DNA of 64,000 nt from Azospirillum agricola (lineage in GTDB: Bacteria; Pseudomonadota; Alphaproteobacteria; Azospirillales; Azospirillaceae): contig NZ_JAGINM010000003.1 of assembly GCF_017876095.1 (NCBI RefSeq), positions 63,491 to 127,490 of the forward strand, read 5' to 3'. Numbering within the stretch: the stretch's first letter is position 1; each line of letters opens with the position of its first letter. The position numbers were made by a program, and so were the translations under genes. Below the pieces are notes generated by a model, which had not been told where the DNA came from, ran no database searches, and saw only the letters and a program-made list of their open reading frames with translations. Shown here in pieces: positions 41,881 to 52,677 of the stretch.

Positions 41881-43239
41881 TCACGGCCGCTCTCCCCGCC
41901 AGTCCACGCGCTGGGTGACCGCCATGATGACCGACAGGGTCAGGAACAGCGCGACAGACCCCGCCAGCAGCGCGTAGCTTTCCAGGCTGAGCAGCACGTA
42001 GAGGAAGCCGAACAGGCCGGACAGGACCACGGCGAAGATCAGGGTGGACAGCAGCCGGCGGGTGACGGCGGCGGTGTAGGCCGTCGCCTGGCTCAGGACG
42101 AGGCCCGCGCTGATCCAGTAGCCGGCGGCGTAGCCCAGCGGCTCGGCGAAGGACACCAGCAGCAGGGCGAACAGCGTCATCGACAGCCCGAGCAGGCCGT
42201 ACTGGACGACGTGGATGCGCACCGCCGACAGCAGCTCGAACAGCGCGTAGACGGTGAAGGACAGGACGATGAAGAGCAGCGCGTATTTCGACGCGCGGTT
42301 GATCATGCGGTAGGTGGGGACCGCTTCCAGCAGGGTCACGCCGATCGAGGGAAGGCAGTCGGGGTCCGGCGTTTCCGAGAGCCGGACGGTGGACCAGAGC
42401 TGCGGCCTCGAGAAATCCAGCATGCGCCAGCGCGCCTCGAACCCGTCGTCGGTCACGGTCGGGTCGGCGGGCAGCACGCTGCCGGTGAAGCTCGGCGTCG
42501 GCCAGGGGGCCTTGACGACCGCCGTGGTCTGCCGGCTGTACACGCTCTGCCGGAAGGCTTCGGTTCCGCGCAGCGTCACCGTCGCCTGGAACGGGATCTC
42601 GGCGTTCGCGGCGGCGGTGGCCGCCGTCAGCGCCGGGCGGGCGACGAGCGGCGCGTCGCTGCAATCGCCGGCGTGGGGAACCAGCTCGTAGCAGGCCCGC
42701 CAGGGGAGCGTCCGGCCGTCCCAGACGATGCGGTCCCCGGCCGTCATGCCCGTCAGCCCCGATGCTTGCAGCAGGACGACCGCGTCCTCCCAGAAGACCG
42801 CGCCGCCGGGGCCGGTGATGGCCTCCAGATCGGCGGCGGACGGGATCGCCAGCGTGCCGGTCATGTCCAGGGTCGTGGTGTAGACGATGGCGGAGAACAG
42901 GCCGCGCTTCTTCCGTTCGGGGGCCAGCACGGCCTGCGTGGACAGCTCGCGGGGGGCGATCTTCAGGTAGCCGCCGGTCTTGCCGTGGGCCGCCGTGTAG
43001 GGCACCGCCAGGACCGGCGCGTGGACGGTCTGGGCCGGGCTCCAGCTCCGCATGATCTCGGCCCGCATCTCGGCCTGCCGTTCCTCGCGCTCGTGGATGA
43101 TTCCCGCGATCGGCACGCTTGCCAGCAGGGTCGCGAGCAGCAGCCCGGCGACTTGCAGGACCTTCGCGGGCCGGCGGCGTCGGTGCGGGGGGAGCGGAGC
43201 GGCGGGCGCCATCGGCGGATCGGGCGGCGCGGTCGTCAT
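41881..43239 (-). CDS. creD: Inner-membrane protein CreD (cell envelope integrity/colicin E2 tolerance protein)
   Basis: 452 aa from the internal ATG (MTTAPPDPP...; the ORF upstream to 44040 is antisense to creB). N-terminal TM, a large periplasmic domain, and a C-terminal multi-TM region RMINRASKYALLFIVLSFTVYALFELLSAVRIHVVQYGLLGLSMTLFALLLVSFAE... matching the CreD family pattern. Confidence 0.8.
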   Translation of the reverse strand: MTTAPPDPPMAPAAPLPPHRRRRPAKVLQVAGLLLATLLASVPIAGIIHEREERQAEMRAEIMRSWSPAQTVHAPVLAVPYTAAHGKTGGYLKIAPRELSTQAVLAPERKKRGLFSAIVYTTTLDMTGTLAIPSAADLEAITGPGGAVFWEDAVVLLQASGLTGMTAGDRIVWDGRTLPWRACYELVPHAGDCSDAPLVARPALTAATAAANAEIPFQATVTLRGTEAFRQSVYSRQTTAVVKAPWPTPSFTGSVLPADPTVTDDGFEARWRMLDFSRPQLWSTVRLSETPDPDCLPSIGVTLLEAVPTYRMINRASKYALLFIVLSFTVYALFELLSAVRIHVVQYGLLGLSMTLFALLLVSFAEPLGYAAGYWISAGLVLSQATAYTAAVTRRLLSTLIFAVVLSGLFGFLYVLLSLESYALLAGSVALFLTLSVIMAVTQRVDWRGERP

Positions 43240-43380
43240 GAAGGACTCTCCGGGAGACGGTTGGAGGGGACAGGCCCGCACTGTGCCGCCGTGCCGTGCC
43301 GTGGCGATGACGCGGCCTTGCAGGGACGGAGGAAACTCCGTGCAGAACTTGTGCAGGGGATCGGGTAGAGTTGCGCCGCC

Positions 43381-44073
43381 ATGCCCAAGACCCCCAAGAT
43401 CCTGCTGATCGACGACGATCCCCACATCCGCGACATCGTCCGTTTCGCCCTGATGCGCGAGGGCTTCGCCGTGGTCGAGGCGGAGGACGGCGCGCGCGGG
43501 CTGGCGCTGGCCGCCGGCGAGGCTCCCGACCTGATCCTGCTGGACATCGCCATGCCGGAGATGGACGGCACCGAGGTCTGCCGCCGGCTGCGCCGCGACA
43601 GCCGGGTTCCCATCATCTTCCTGTCGTCGCGCGACGACGAGATCGACCGCATCCTCGGCTTGGAGCTGGGCGGCGACGACTACGTCACCAAGCCCTTCTC
43701 CCCGCGCGAGCTGACGGCGCGGGTCAAGGCGGTGCTGCGCCGCGTGGCGCCGCCCGAGCCGGCGGTTTCCGAGCCGGTTCTCCGCCACAACCGCCTGCGG
43801 CTGGAGCCGGAGGGGGTGCGCGCCTTCTGGGACGGGACGGAGGTGACGCTGACCGCCACCGAATTCGGCCTCCTGCGCACGCTGGCCGAGCGTCCGGGCA
43901 AGGTGTTCAGCCGTGACGCCTTGATGGACGGCGCCTACGCGACCGAGCGCTACGTCGCCGACCGCACCGTCGACAGCCACATCCGCCGGGTCCGCGCCAA
44001 GTTCCAGGCGGCGGGCGGCGCGCCGGTCGAGACCGTGCACGGGCTGGGCTACAAGCTGTCGGACTGCCGATGA
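43381..44073 (+). CDS. creB: OmpR-family response regulator, CreB-like
   Basis: Receiver domain (LLIDDD...LLDIAMPEMDG), then FLSSRDDEIDRILGLELGGDDYVTKPFSPREL, then a winged-helix (TVDSHIRRVRAKF...GLGYKL). Its stop overlaps the kinase start (ATGA at 44070). Confidence 0.9.
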   Translation: MPKTPKILLIDDDPHIRDIVRFALMREGFAVVEAEDGARGLALAAGEAPDLILLDIAMPEMDGTEVCRRLRRDSRVPIIFLSSRDDEIDRILGLELGGDDYVTKPFSPRELTARVKAVLRRVAPPEPAVSEPVLRHNRLRLEPEGVRAFWDGTEVTLTATEFGLLRTLAERPGKVFSRDALMDGAYATERYVADRTVDSHIRRVRAKFQAAGGAPVETVHGLGYKLSDCR

Positions 44074-45677
44074 GGCGGCCGTCCGGGCGGCGCCTGTCCA
44101 TCGGAACGGTGCTGCTGGTCATGACGCTGGCGGCGCTGGTGCTGCCGCTGAGCGGGCTGTGGATCCTGCGCCTCTACGAGAGCGCCCTGATCCGCCAGAC
44201 GGAATCGGAACTGATCGCCCAGGCCGGCGTCATCGCCGCCTTCTACCGCGACGGCTGGCGCCGGGCCGGCGGGTGGCCGGAAGGGCTCGGGCCGCCGCTC
44301 GACCCGCCCTGGACACGCCCGCCGGGCTTCGAGGCTCCCTGGACGCCCCGCTTCGCCGCGCTGGATCTGGCCGAGGATCCGGTGCTGCCGGCCGCGCCCG
44401 ACCCGGTTCCGGCGCCCTCCGCGCCGGACCCCGCCGCCGTCGCCGCCGGGGAGTCGCTCGGGCCGATCCTGCGCGAGGCGCAGCGCGTCACCCTGGCGGG
44501 GATGCGGGTCACGGACCGCCAGGGAATCGTCGTCGCCAGCACCGGCGAGGAGCTGGGGCTCGCGCTGGACGGGCAGGAGGAGGTCCGCCGCGCCCTGGCC
44601 GGCGAGCCGGCCAGCGTGCTGCGCGAGCGCTCGGGCACCCGCGTCGGGCTCGACGGCGTGGCGGTTCCCGACCGCAGCCGGTCGCTGCGGGTCTTCACCG
44701 CCCAGCCGGTGCTCGATTCCGGCCGCGTCGTCGGCGTCGTGCTGCTGTCGCGCACGCCGCGCAGCCTTTCGGACACCCTGTACGGCAAGCGCTGGCACCT
44801 TGTCGGGATGACGCTGCTGCTGCTGGCGTCGGTGGGGTTGCTGGCGCGGCTGGGCACCGTCGCCATCGCCCGGCCGCTGCGGACCGTCACCGCGCTCGCC
44901 AAGCGCACGGCGGACGGCGAGCGCGGCGTGATGGTCCCGCTGCCGCGTCCCGTGGTGCGCGAGGTGGCCGAGCTGTCCGACGCGCTGACCCGGATGGCGG
45001 CGACGCTGGAGGAGCGGGCCGACTACATCCGCGACTTCGCCGCCCACGTCTCGCACGAGTTCAAGACCCCCCTCACCACCATCCGGGGCACCGTCGAGCT
45101 GTTGCGCGACCATCTCGACAGCATGCCCGCCGCCGAGCGGGACCGTTTCCTCGCCAACATGGATTCCGAGGCCGAGCGGCTGTCCCGGCTGGTCCGCCGC
45201 CTGCTCGAACTCGCCCGCGCCGACGTGATGACGGTGGCGGAGGATGCGGCGACCGACGCGGTGCCGGTGGCCGCCCGTCTGGCCGGACGCCACGGCGCCG
45301 AGACGTCGCTCCCGGAGTCGCTGCCGGTCGCCATGGGGCTGGAGGCCCTGGAGAGCGTCCTGGCGAACCTGATCGACAACGCGCGGCGCCACGCCGGTCC
45401 GGACGCGCGGGTCGCCGTCACGCTGCGCTCCGAGGCGCGGCCCGAGGGGGAGCGGGCGGTCCTGCTGATATCCGACGACGGGCCGGGCGTCTCGCCGGCC
45501 AACGCCGAGCGCGTCTTCAACCCCTTCTTCACCACGGCACGCGGCCACGGCGGCACCGGGCTCGGCCTCACCATCACGCGCGGGCTCGTCGAGGCGCATG
45601 GCGGAACCATCGCCTTGCTGCCGGCCGAACGCGGCGCCCTGTTCGAGGTCGTGCTGCGCCGCGCCGGTCCTCTGTGA
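44070..45677 (+). CDS. creC: Sensor histidine kinase, CreC-like
   Basis: N-terminal TM, a periplasmic region, a second TM, HisKA (HVSHEFKTPLTTIRG) and HATPase_c (N, G1, G2 boxes: DNARRHA...DDGPGV...GGTGLGL). Confidence 0.85.
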   Translation: MRRPSGRRLSIGTVLLVMTLAALVLPLSGLWILRLYESALIRQTESELIAQAGVIAAFYRDGWRRAGGWPEGLGPPLDPPWTRPPGFEAPWTPRFAALDLAEDPVLPAAPDPVPAPSAPDPAAVAAGESLGPILREAQRVTLAGMRVTDRQGIVVASTGEELGLALDGQEEVRRALAGEPASVLRERSGTRVGLDGVAVPDRSRSLRVFTAQPVLDSGRVVGVVLLSRTPRSLSDTLYGKRWHLVGMTLLLLASVGLLARLGTVAIARPLRTVTALAKRTADGERGVMVPLPRPVVREVAELSDALTRMAATLEERADYIRDFAAHVSHEFKTPLTTIRGTVELLRDHLDSMPAAERDRFLANMDSEAERLSRLVRRLLELARADVMTVAEDAATDAVPVAARLAGRHGAETSLPESLPVAMGLEALESVLANLIDNARRHAGPDARVAVTLRSEARPEGERAVLLISDDGPGVSPANAERVFNPFFTTARGHGGTGLGLTITRGLVEAHGGTIALLPAERGALFEVVLRRAGPL

Positions 45678-45812
45678 TCTTCGGGCCACGCGGTGGCGGT
45701 TCCGTGATTCGACGGGAACCACCAAGTGTTGCAGAACGCGGAAATGCGCTACAACGCCGAAGATGCGTTCGACACGCAATCATTTTCAAAATCCAGGGAT
45801 CGAAACACGCCG

Positions 45813-48674
45813 ATGACCACGCCGGACCTTTTCCTCCGTGGCCGCCTGGGCTGGCTGGGCGGGCTGCTTCTCGGCTCGACCGCCCTGGTCGCGGCAACCG
45901 CCGCCGCGCAGACCGCCGCGCACTCCACGGCCGCGGGCTTCGAGGACGCCGAATACCGCGCGGACTGGGGCTTGGCGGCGATGAACGCCTCGACCGCCTA
46001 CGCGCGGGGCTTCACCGGCAAGGGTGTGCTGGTCGGCGTGGTCGACACCGGCATCGAGGTCACCCATCGTGAATTCGTGGGCAAGCTCGATCCGCGTTGG
46101 GCCAACTTCATGCTCAGCGACCTCAACGGCGATCCCGGCGATCCCAAGGATGTGGATGGGCACGGCACCCACGTCGCCGGCACCGTCGGCGCGCGGCGCG
46201 ACGGCGCCGGCATGATGGGCGTCGCCTTCGATTCGCGCATCCTGGCGCTGCGCGGCATCCCGGCGTCCCCGCCGCTGGAGGAAACGGCGCTTCCCGGAAC
46301 GCCGTCGGCGACCACGGCGGCCGCCATCGACCGTGCGGTGGCGCTTGGGGCGAGGATCATCAACGCCAGCTACGGCCCGTCCTTCGGCGATTCGCGGGAG
46401 GGGGCTCCCCTGCTGTCCACCACCCCGTTCGGACCGGACGACGTGACGGAGTACCAGGCGCTGCTGCGGGCGGTCCGGCAGGGGGTGATCCCGGTCTTCG
46501 CCGCCGGCAACGAGTTCGAGGGCCAGCCGATCGTCGCCCGCAACCCGACCAGCGCCGGCCTGCTGCCCTATGTCAGCCCGGCGACCAAGGGAGACGGCGT
46601 CTACCAGATCATCAACGCGGACGAGACGCCCAGCGCGGCGACCCATGATTTCAGCGCGCTGAAGGGGAGGCTGGTGGTGGTGGTCGCCACCGACCGCAAC
46701 AACGTCATCGCCGATTTCAGCAACCGCTGCGGCGTCACCGCCGACTGGTGCGTGGCCGCACCGGGGGTGGACATCAACTCGACGGTCCCGAACGGGGGGT
46801 ACGACCGGCTCGACGGCACCTCGATGGCCGCGCCCCACGTGGCGGGCGCCTTCGCCGTGCTGGCCGAGGCCTTTCCCGACCTCGCCGCGACCGAGCTGAT
46901 CAAGACCCTGCTGACCACCACCACCGACCTCGGCGAGCCGGGCACCGACGCGGTCTACGGCCGTGGCCTCGTCGATCTCGGCAAGGCGTCGGGCGGCCCC
47001 GGCGAGATCGCGGCGGACGGCTTCCACGCCACGGTGGCGACCCGCGACGTCACCTTCTCCAACGACATCGGCGGGACCGGCGCGCTGCTGAAGGACGGCG
47101 GCGCCCGTCTGACCATGACCGGCCGCAACAGCTACGCCGGCGGCACCCGCGTGGCGGCGGGCACGCTGACGCTGAACGGGTCTCTGGCCAGCGCGGTGCG
47201 GGTCGATCACGGCGCGCGGCTGTCCGGCAGCGGGACCATTGGCGCCGGTCTCGTCAACGACGGCACCGTGGCGCCGGGCAATTCCATCGGGACGCTGACG
47301 GTGCGGGGCGACTATGTCCAGCGGGCCGGCGGCCGGCTGGCGCTGGAGGTGGACGGGACGCGCGGCGACGCGCTCGCCGTGGGGGGCGACGCCGTGCTCG
47401 ACGGCGCCATCGACGTGGCCATCGTGGACGGTGCGAAGGTCGGGAATCTCGACCTGCGCGTCGTCAGCGCCGCCGGAACCCTGTCCGGCCAGCTCCAGGT
47501 CGGTGGCGTGACGCCTTTCCTGCGGGGCAGCGCCCTGTCCGGCGCCCACGACGTCACGCTGTCGCTGCGCCGCGACTTCGCGCTGCCCGCCGACACGGCC
47601 AACCAGCGGGCCGTCGCCGGCCATCTGAACGCCTCCTACCTCACCGGCGCGCAGGGCGATCTCGACCGCGTCTTCGAAGCGCTCGACGGGCTGGCCGGCG
47701 CGGAGGAGGGGCAGCGGGCGCTCGACAGCCTCTCGGGCCGCGAGCTGGCCTCGCTTGCCGTCGCCGGCCGGCACGCCCAGACGCTGTTCGCGCAACGGAT
47801 CGGCGACCGGCTGGCCCAGCGCCGCGCCGGCCTGACCGATCCCGCCACCCCGTCGCTCTGGCTGTCGGGCATCGGCGGCCTGTCGAACACCCGGTCCGAC
47901 GGCAACGGGCCAGCCCTGCGCAGCCGTGCCGCCGGCTTCGCGCTGGGCGGCGATCACGCCGTCACGCCGGATCTCGTCGGCGGCTTCGCGGGCGGCTACA
48001 CGCGCGGGCGCCTGACCTCCGGGGAGGCGCGCGGCGACACCACGGCGTGGCACGCGGCGGTCTACGGCACGGCGACGCTGGGATCCGCCTTCGTCGACGG
48101 GCTGGTCGGCTACAGCCGCGGCGAAACCGACGTCAAGCGGCGGATCGCCGTCGGCGCGCTCGACCGCACCGCCACGGCGTCGCCGGCCTCCGACGGGGTG
48201 GGCGCCGCGATCGAGGCCGGGACGGCGCTGGCGTTCGGCGCCGTCACCCTGACGCCCTCGGCCCGGCTCGACTGGCAGCGCGTCGCGGTCGACTCCTTCA
48301 CCGAGCGGGGGGCGGGTTCCGCCGGCCTCTCGGTGTCGCCGAAGGCGTACGATCTCCTGGCGCCGTCGATCGGCCTGTCGGCGCGCACCAGCCTGGAGGC
48401 CGGCGACACGCTGCGGGTGTCGCCGCAGGCCCGTGTCCGCTGGCAGCACAATCTGGGCGACGCGGCGCCCGGCATGAGCGCCGGGCTGGTCGGGGCGCCG
48501 GGCGCCGCCTTCGCGGCGGAGGGCAGCCGGCCGGGGCGCGACGTGGGTCTGTTCGGCGTCGGCCTCGACGTCGCGGGGGAGCAGGCCCTGCGCGTCAATG
48601 TGGGTTACGACCTGTCGGTGTCCCGCCACCAGACCGGCCACAGCGTGACCGCCGGTTTGAAATACGCGTGGTGA
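45813..48674 (+). CDS. Autotransporter subtilisin-like (S8) serine protease
   Basis: Signal peptide (LGWLGGLLLGSTALVAATAAA). Catalytic triad motifs VVDTGI (Asp), HGTHVAGTV (His) and GTSMAAPHVAG (Ser). A long pertactin-like Gly-rich passenger. C-terminal beta-domain ending ...TAGLKYAW. Confidence 0.8.
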   Translation: MTTPDLFLRGRLGWLGGLLLGSTALVAATAAAQTAAHSTAAGFEDAEYRADWGLAAMNASTAYARGFTGKGVLVGVVDTGIEVTHREFVGKLDPRWANFMLSDLNGDPGDPKDVDGHGTHVAGTVGARRDGAGMMGVAFDSRILALRGIPASPPLEETALPGTPSATTAAAIDRAVALGARIINASYGPSFGDSREGAPLLSTTPFGPDDVTEYQALLRAVRQGVIPVFAAGNEFEGQPIVARNPTSAGLLPYVSPATKGDGVYQIINADETPSAATHDFSALKGRLVVVVATDRNNVIADFSNRCGVTADWCVAAPGVDINSTVPNGGYDRLDGTSMAAPHVAGAFAVLAEAFPDLAATELIKTLLTTTTDLGEPGTDAVYGRGLVDLGKASGGPGEIAADGFHATVATRDVTFSNDIGGTGALLKDGGARLTMTGRNSYAGGTRVAAGTLTLNGSLASAVRVDHGARLSGSGTIGAGLVNDGTVAPGNSIGTLTVRGDYVQRAGGRLALEVDGTRGDALAVGGDAVLDGAIDVAIVDGAKVGNLDLRVVSAAGTLSGQLQVGGVTPFLRGSALSGAHDVTLSLRRDFALPADTANQRAVAGHLNASYLTGAQGDLDRVFEALDGLAGAEEGQRALDSLSGRELASLAVAGRHAQTLFAQRIGDRLAQRRAGLTDPATPSLWLSGIGGLSNTRSDGNGPALRSRAAGFALGGDHAVTPDLVGGFAGGYTRGRLTSGEARGDTTAWHAAVYGTATLGSAFVDGLVGYSRGETDVKRRIAVGALDRTATASPASDGVGAAIEAGTALAFGAVTLTPSARLDWQRVAVDSFTERGAGSAGLSVSPKAYDLLAPSIGLSARTSLEAGDTLRVSPQARVRWQHNLGDAAPGMSAGLVGAPGAAFAAEGSRPGRDVGLFGVGLDVAGEQALRVNVGYDLSVSRHQTGHSVTAGLKYAW

Positions 48675-48752
48675 CGGGAACGCGCCGCCGGTTCATGGCG
48701 GGGCGGGCCGCTTGACCAGCGCGGCCGGCCGGGGGGCTGGGGATGCCGCGCC

Positions 48753-50168
48753 CTACAGCAGCTTGCCCGGATTGAGGATGCCCTGTGGGTCGAACAGCCG
48801 CTTGATTCCGCGCATCAGCGCCATTTCGGCCGGCCCCTTGAGGTCGGCGAGGGACGCGCGCAGGCTCTGGCCGATGCCGTGCTCGGCGCTGATGGTGCCG
48901 CCCAGCTCCACGGCGCGGTCATGCACCGCCGCGTTGATCGCGCGGACGATCGGCTCCAGCGGCTCGCCGGAGGTCCGCAGCGCCTCGGGCAGGATCACCA
49001 CCAGATGGATGTTGCCGTCGCCGATATGGCCGACCGCGACGATCCGGGCGTCGGGCCGCAGCGCCGCGACCGCCGCGCTGGCGCCGGCGACGAAGGCGGG
49101 GATTTGCGCGATGGGCACCGCCGTGTCGTGGCCGACGACGATGCCGCTCTTGCGGTTGGCCTCCGACACGCCGTGGCGCAGCTTCCACAGGGCGGCGGCC
49201 TGGGTCCCGCTGCGGGCGACCAGCGCGTCGGCGGCGGTGCCGTCCTCCAGCGCGCCGCCCAGAACCTCATCAAGCCGATCGGCCAGCGGCTGGCCGGGCA
49301 GCGTGTCGGTCACCTCGGTCAGCAGATACCAGGGCGTGCGCGTCTCCAGCGGGCGGATTGTGCCGGGGACATGGGCGAGCACGGCGGCGAGCTGGCTTTC
49401 CGACAGGATCTCCGCCGCGGTGACGCGGTCGCCGAGCGTGGCGCGCAGCCGGGCGAAGACCTCCAGCGCGCCGTCGAGGCCGGGCAGGGCGGCCAGCGCG
49501 GTGCCGCTGCTTTTCGGGCGCGGGAACAGCGTCAGCACGGCGGCGGTGACGATGCCGAGCGTGCCCTCCGCCCCGATCAGCAGATGCTTCAGGGCGTAGC
49601 CGGTGTTGTCCTTGCGCAGCGGGCGCAGCCCGTTCCACAGCGTGCCGTCGGGCAGCACCGCCTCCAGCCCGAGCACGAGGTCGCGCATCGGGCCGTAGCG
49701 CAGCACGGCGGTGCCGCCGGCGTTGGTGGCGATGGCGCCGCCGATCTGGCAGCTCCCCTCGCTGCCGAGACTCATCGGGAACAGCCGGTCGGCCGCCTCG
49801 GCCGCCGCCTGGACCTGCGCCAGCGTGCAGCCGGCCTCCACCGTCACGGTGTCGCCGGTGCGGTCGAGCGCGCGGATCCGGTTCATCCGCGTCAGCGACA
49901 GCACCAGCGCCGTTCCCGAGGCATCCGGGATGGCGCCGCCGACGACCCCGGTGTTGCCGCCCTGCGGCACCAGCGGGATCCGCCGTTCGGCGCAGAGCCG
50001 GACCAGCGCCGCCACCTCCGCCGTGTCGGCCGGGCGGACGACGGCGAGCGCCGCCCCCCGGTAGCGCCCGCGCCAGTCGGCCAGGAAGGGCGCCATGTCG
50101 GCGTCGCCAGTCAGGACATGGTCCGGCCCGACGATCGCCCGCAGGCAGGCGATGAGGCTGTCCATCAT
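48753..50168 (-). CDS. FAD-linked oxidase (GlcD/D-2-hydroxyacid dehydrogenase family)
   Basis: FAD_binding_4 (RIPLVPQGGNTGVVGGA) and a C-terminal FAD-oxidase domain. The chosen start is the ATGATG 1 nt after the livF TGA; the tracked ORF's first codon (50180) is a TTG inside livF. Confidence 0.8.
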   Translation of the reverse strand: MMDSLIACLRAIVGPDHVLTGDADMAPFLADWRGRYRGAALAVVRPADTAEVAALVRLCAERRIPLVPQGGNTGVVGGAIPDASGTALVLSLTRMNRIRALDRTGDTVTVEAGCTLAQVQAAAEAADRLFPMSLGSEGSCQIGGAIATNAGGTAVLRYGPMRDLVLGLEAVLPDGTLWNGLRPLRKDNTGYALKHLLIGAEGTLGIVTAAVLTLFPRPKSSGTALAALPGLDGALEVFARLRATLGDRVTAAEILSESQLAAVLAHVPGTIRPLETRTPWYLLTEVTDTLPGQPLADRLDEVLGGALEDGTAADALVARSGTQAAALWKLRHGVSEANRKSGIVVGHDTAVPIAQIPAFVAGASAAVAALRPDARIVAVGHIGDGNIHLVVILPEALRTSGEPLEPIVRAINAAVHDRAVELGGTISAEHGIGQSLRASLADLKGPAEMALMRGIKRLFDPQGILNPGKLL

Positions 50169-50169
50169 C

Positions 50170-50884
<715 letters not shown>

Positions 50885-50892
<8 letters not shown>

Positions 50893-51673
50893 CGACCGTC
50901 TCCCGTCCCAGATACACGCGGATCACCTCGGGGTCGTTGAGCACCTGGGACGGCGGCCCCTCGGCGATCTTCACCCCGTGGTCGAGCACGAACAGCCGGT
51001 CGCAGACGGCGGCGACGACGCGCATGTGGTGCTCGACCAGCAGCACGGTCACGCCGCGCGCCCGGATGCGGCGGATCATCTCGACCAGCCGTTGGCCCTC
51101 CTCCGGGTTCATGCCGGCGGCCGGCTCGTCGAGCAGCAGCAGGCGCGGCTGGGCGGCCAGCGCGATGGCGATCTCCAGCCGGCGCTGCTCGCCGTAGGAC
51201 AGCGCGTCGGCCAGCACGTCGGCCCGGTGGTCGAGGTCGCAGAAGGCGAGGTTCTCCATCGCCCGGCGGTGCAGATCGGCCTCCTCGTTGCGATAGGCCG
51301 CGGTGCGGAAGACGGCGGCGCCCCAGCCGGCCTTCGTCGTCCGGTAGGCGGCGCTGCGCACGTTGTCGAGCGTGCTCAGGCTGGGGAAGACGCTGGTGAT
51401 CTGGAAGGTGCGCGAAACGCCGCGCTGGCCCATGGCGTGCGACGGCAGCCCGGTGCAGTCGGCGCCGTCGAAGCGGATGCGCCCGGCCGACGGCGGCAGC
51501 GAGCCGCCCAGCATGTTGAACAGCGTCGTCTTGCCGGCGCCGTTCGGGCCGATCAGCCCGACCACCTCGCCGGCGCGCACCGACAGGTCGACGTCGCGCA
51601 CCGCCGTCAGGCCGCCGAACACGCGGGTCAGGCCGCTGACCGAGAGGATTTCCGCGTTCATGGCCGTGCTCAT
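50885..51673 (-). CDS. livG: Branched-chain amino acid ABC transporter ATP-binding protein (LivG family)
   Basis: Start at the internal ATG (MSTAMNAEIL...) with a GGAGG SD; upstream of it the tracked ORF 50885..52522 is an Arg-rich artefact. Walker A GPNGAGKTT, signature SYGEQRRLEIAIAL, Walker B LLLDEPAAGM. ATGA overlap with the livM stop. Confidence 0.9.
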
Positions 51674-52677
51674 TTGGCGCCTCCTTCGGCGTGGCGGGGA
51701 CCGCGCCAGCGGCTCCACAGGCTGACCAGACCGCCCGGCAGGAAGACCACGGTGCCGGTCAAGAGGGCGGCGAAGACCACCATGCGCAGCGGCCCGGCGA
51801 CGCGCAGCGATTCCAGCAGGCCGATGTAGACCAGCGCCCCCAGGATCGGCCCGGCGATGGTGCCGCGTCCGCCGACGACGACGACGATGATCAGCGCCGC
51901 GACGTTGTGGACGCCCATGATGTCGGGGGTGATGACCTTGATGTAGTGGGCGTAGATGGCGCCGCCGACGCCGGCGATGGCGGTGGCGACGACGAAGCCG
52001 AGCAGCTTGGTGTGGAAGACGTTGACGCCGAGCGAGGCGGCCAGCGGCGCGTTCTCGCGCACGGCGATGAAGGCGCGGCCGGTGCGGCTGTTGACCAGCG
52101 CATGGCACAGGAAGGCGACGATCAGCACCAGGGCGAGCACGAGGTAGTAGGTCTCGCGCGCCTCGGCGAAGGTGATCGGCCCCAGCGACAGCGGCGGGAT
52201 GTTGGAGATGCCCATCGGCCCGCGCGTCAGATCCACCCAGTGGTTGGTGACGGTGTAGAGGATCGAGCCGAAGCCGAGCGTCAGGATGGCGAACTGCGGC
52301 CCGACGACGCGCAGCGCCGCGTAGCCGATCACCAGACCGAACAGCGCCGCGACGATGCCGGCCAGCGGCAGCCCGATCAGCGGCGGCAGGCCGAGCTGGG
52401 TCGACAGGATCGCCGAGGTGTAGGCGCCGACGCCGACGAAGGCGGCGTGGCCGAAGGACAGCTCGCCGAGATAGCCGATGATGATGTTGAGGCTGAGCGC
52501 CAGCAGCGCGTACAGCATCCACAGCACCAGCAGATGCTCCAGATAGGCGTTGCCCGCCAGGAAGGGCAGGACGCCCAGCAGCAGCGCGCCGCCCGCGAGC
52601 CCCAGCGTGCCGCCGGGAATGCCGCCCGGAACGCCGGCGGCGGTGCCCCCGGTGGGGGCGGTGGTGTGAGTGCTCAT
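51670..52677 (-). CDS. livM: Branched-chain amino acid ABC transporter permease (LivM family)
   Basis: 335 aa polytopic permease (MSTHTTAP...). ATGA overlap with the livH stop at 52674-52677. The long upstream extension of the tracked ORF is artefactual. Confidence 0.85.
   Translation of the reverse strand: MSTHTTAPTGGTAAGVPGGIPGGTLGLAGGALLLGVLPFLAGNAYLEHLLVLWMLYALLALSLNIIIGYLGELSFGHAAFVGVGAYTSAILSTQLGLPPLIGLPLAGIVAALFGLVIGYAALRVVGPQFAILTLGFGSILYTVTNHWVDLTRGPMGISNIPPLSLGPITFAEARETYYLVLALVLIVAFLCHALVNSRTGRAFIAVRENAPLAASLGVNVFHTKLLGFVVATAIAGVGGAIYAHYIKVITPDIMGVHNVAALIIVVVVGGRGTIAGPILGALVYIGLLESLRVAGPLRMVVFAALLTGTVVFLPGGLVSLWSRWRGPRHAEGGAK

Noticed and set aside
40562-42664. First 263 codons of the 700-aa minus ORF
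   Set aside because: Arg-rich, and overlaps creD out of frame. The GH3 protein starts at the internal ATG 41875, 5 nt after the creD stop.
43240-44040. N-terminal 267 codons of the 719-aa minus ORF
   Set aside because: Antisense to creB (43381..44073). CreD begins at the internal ATG 43239 (MTTAPP...).
44159-48715. ORFs 44159..46072(+), 45786..48641(-), 46748..48715(+)
   Set aside because: Alternate-frame or antisense shadows of creC and the S8 autotransporter gene.
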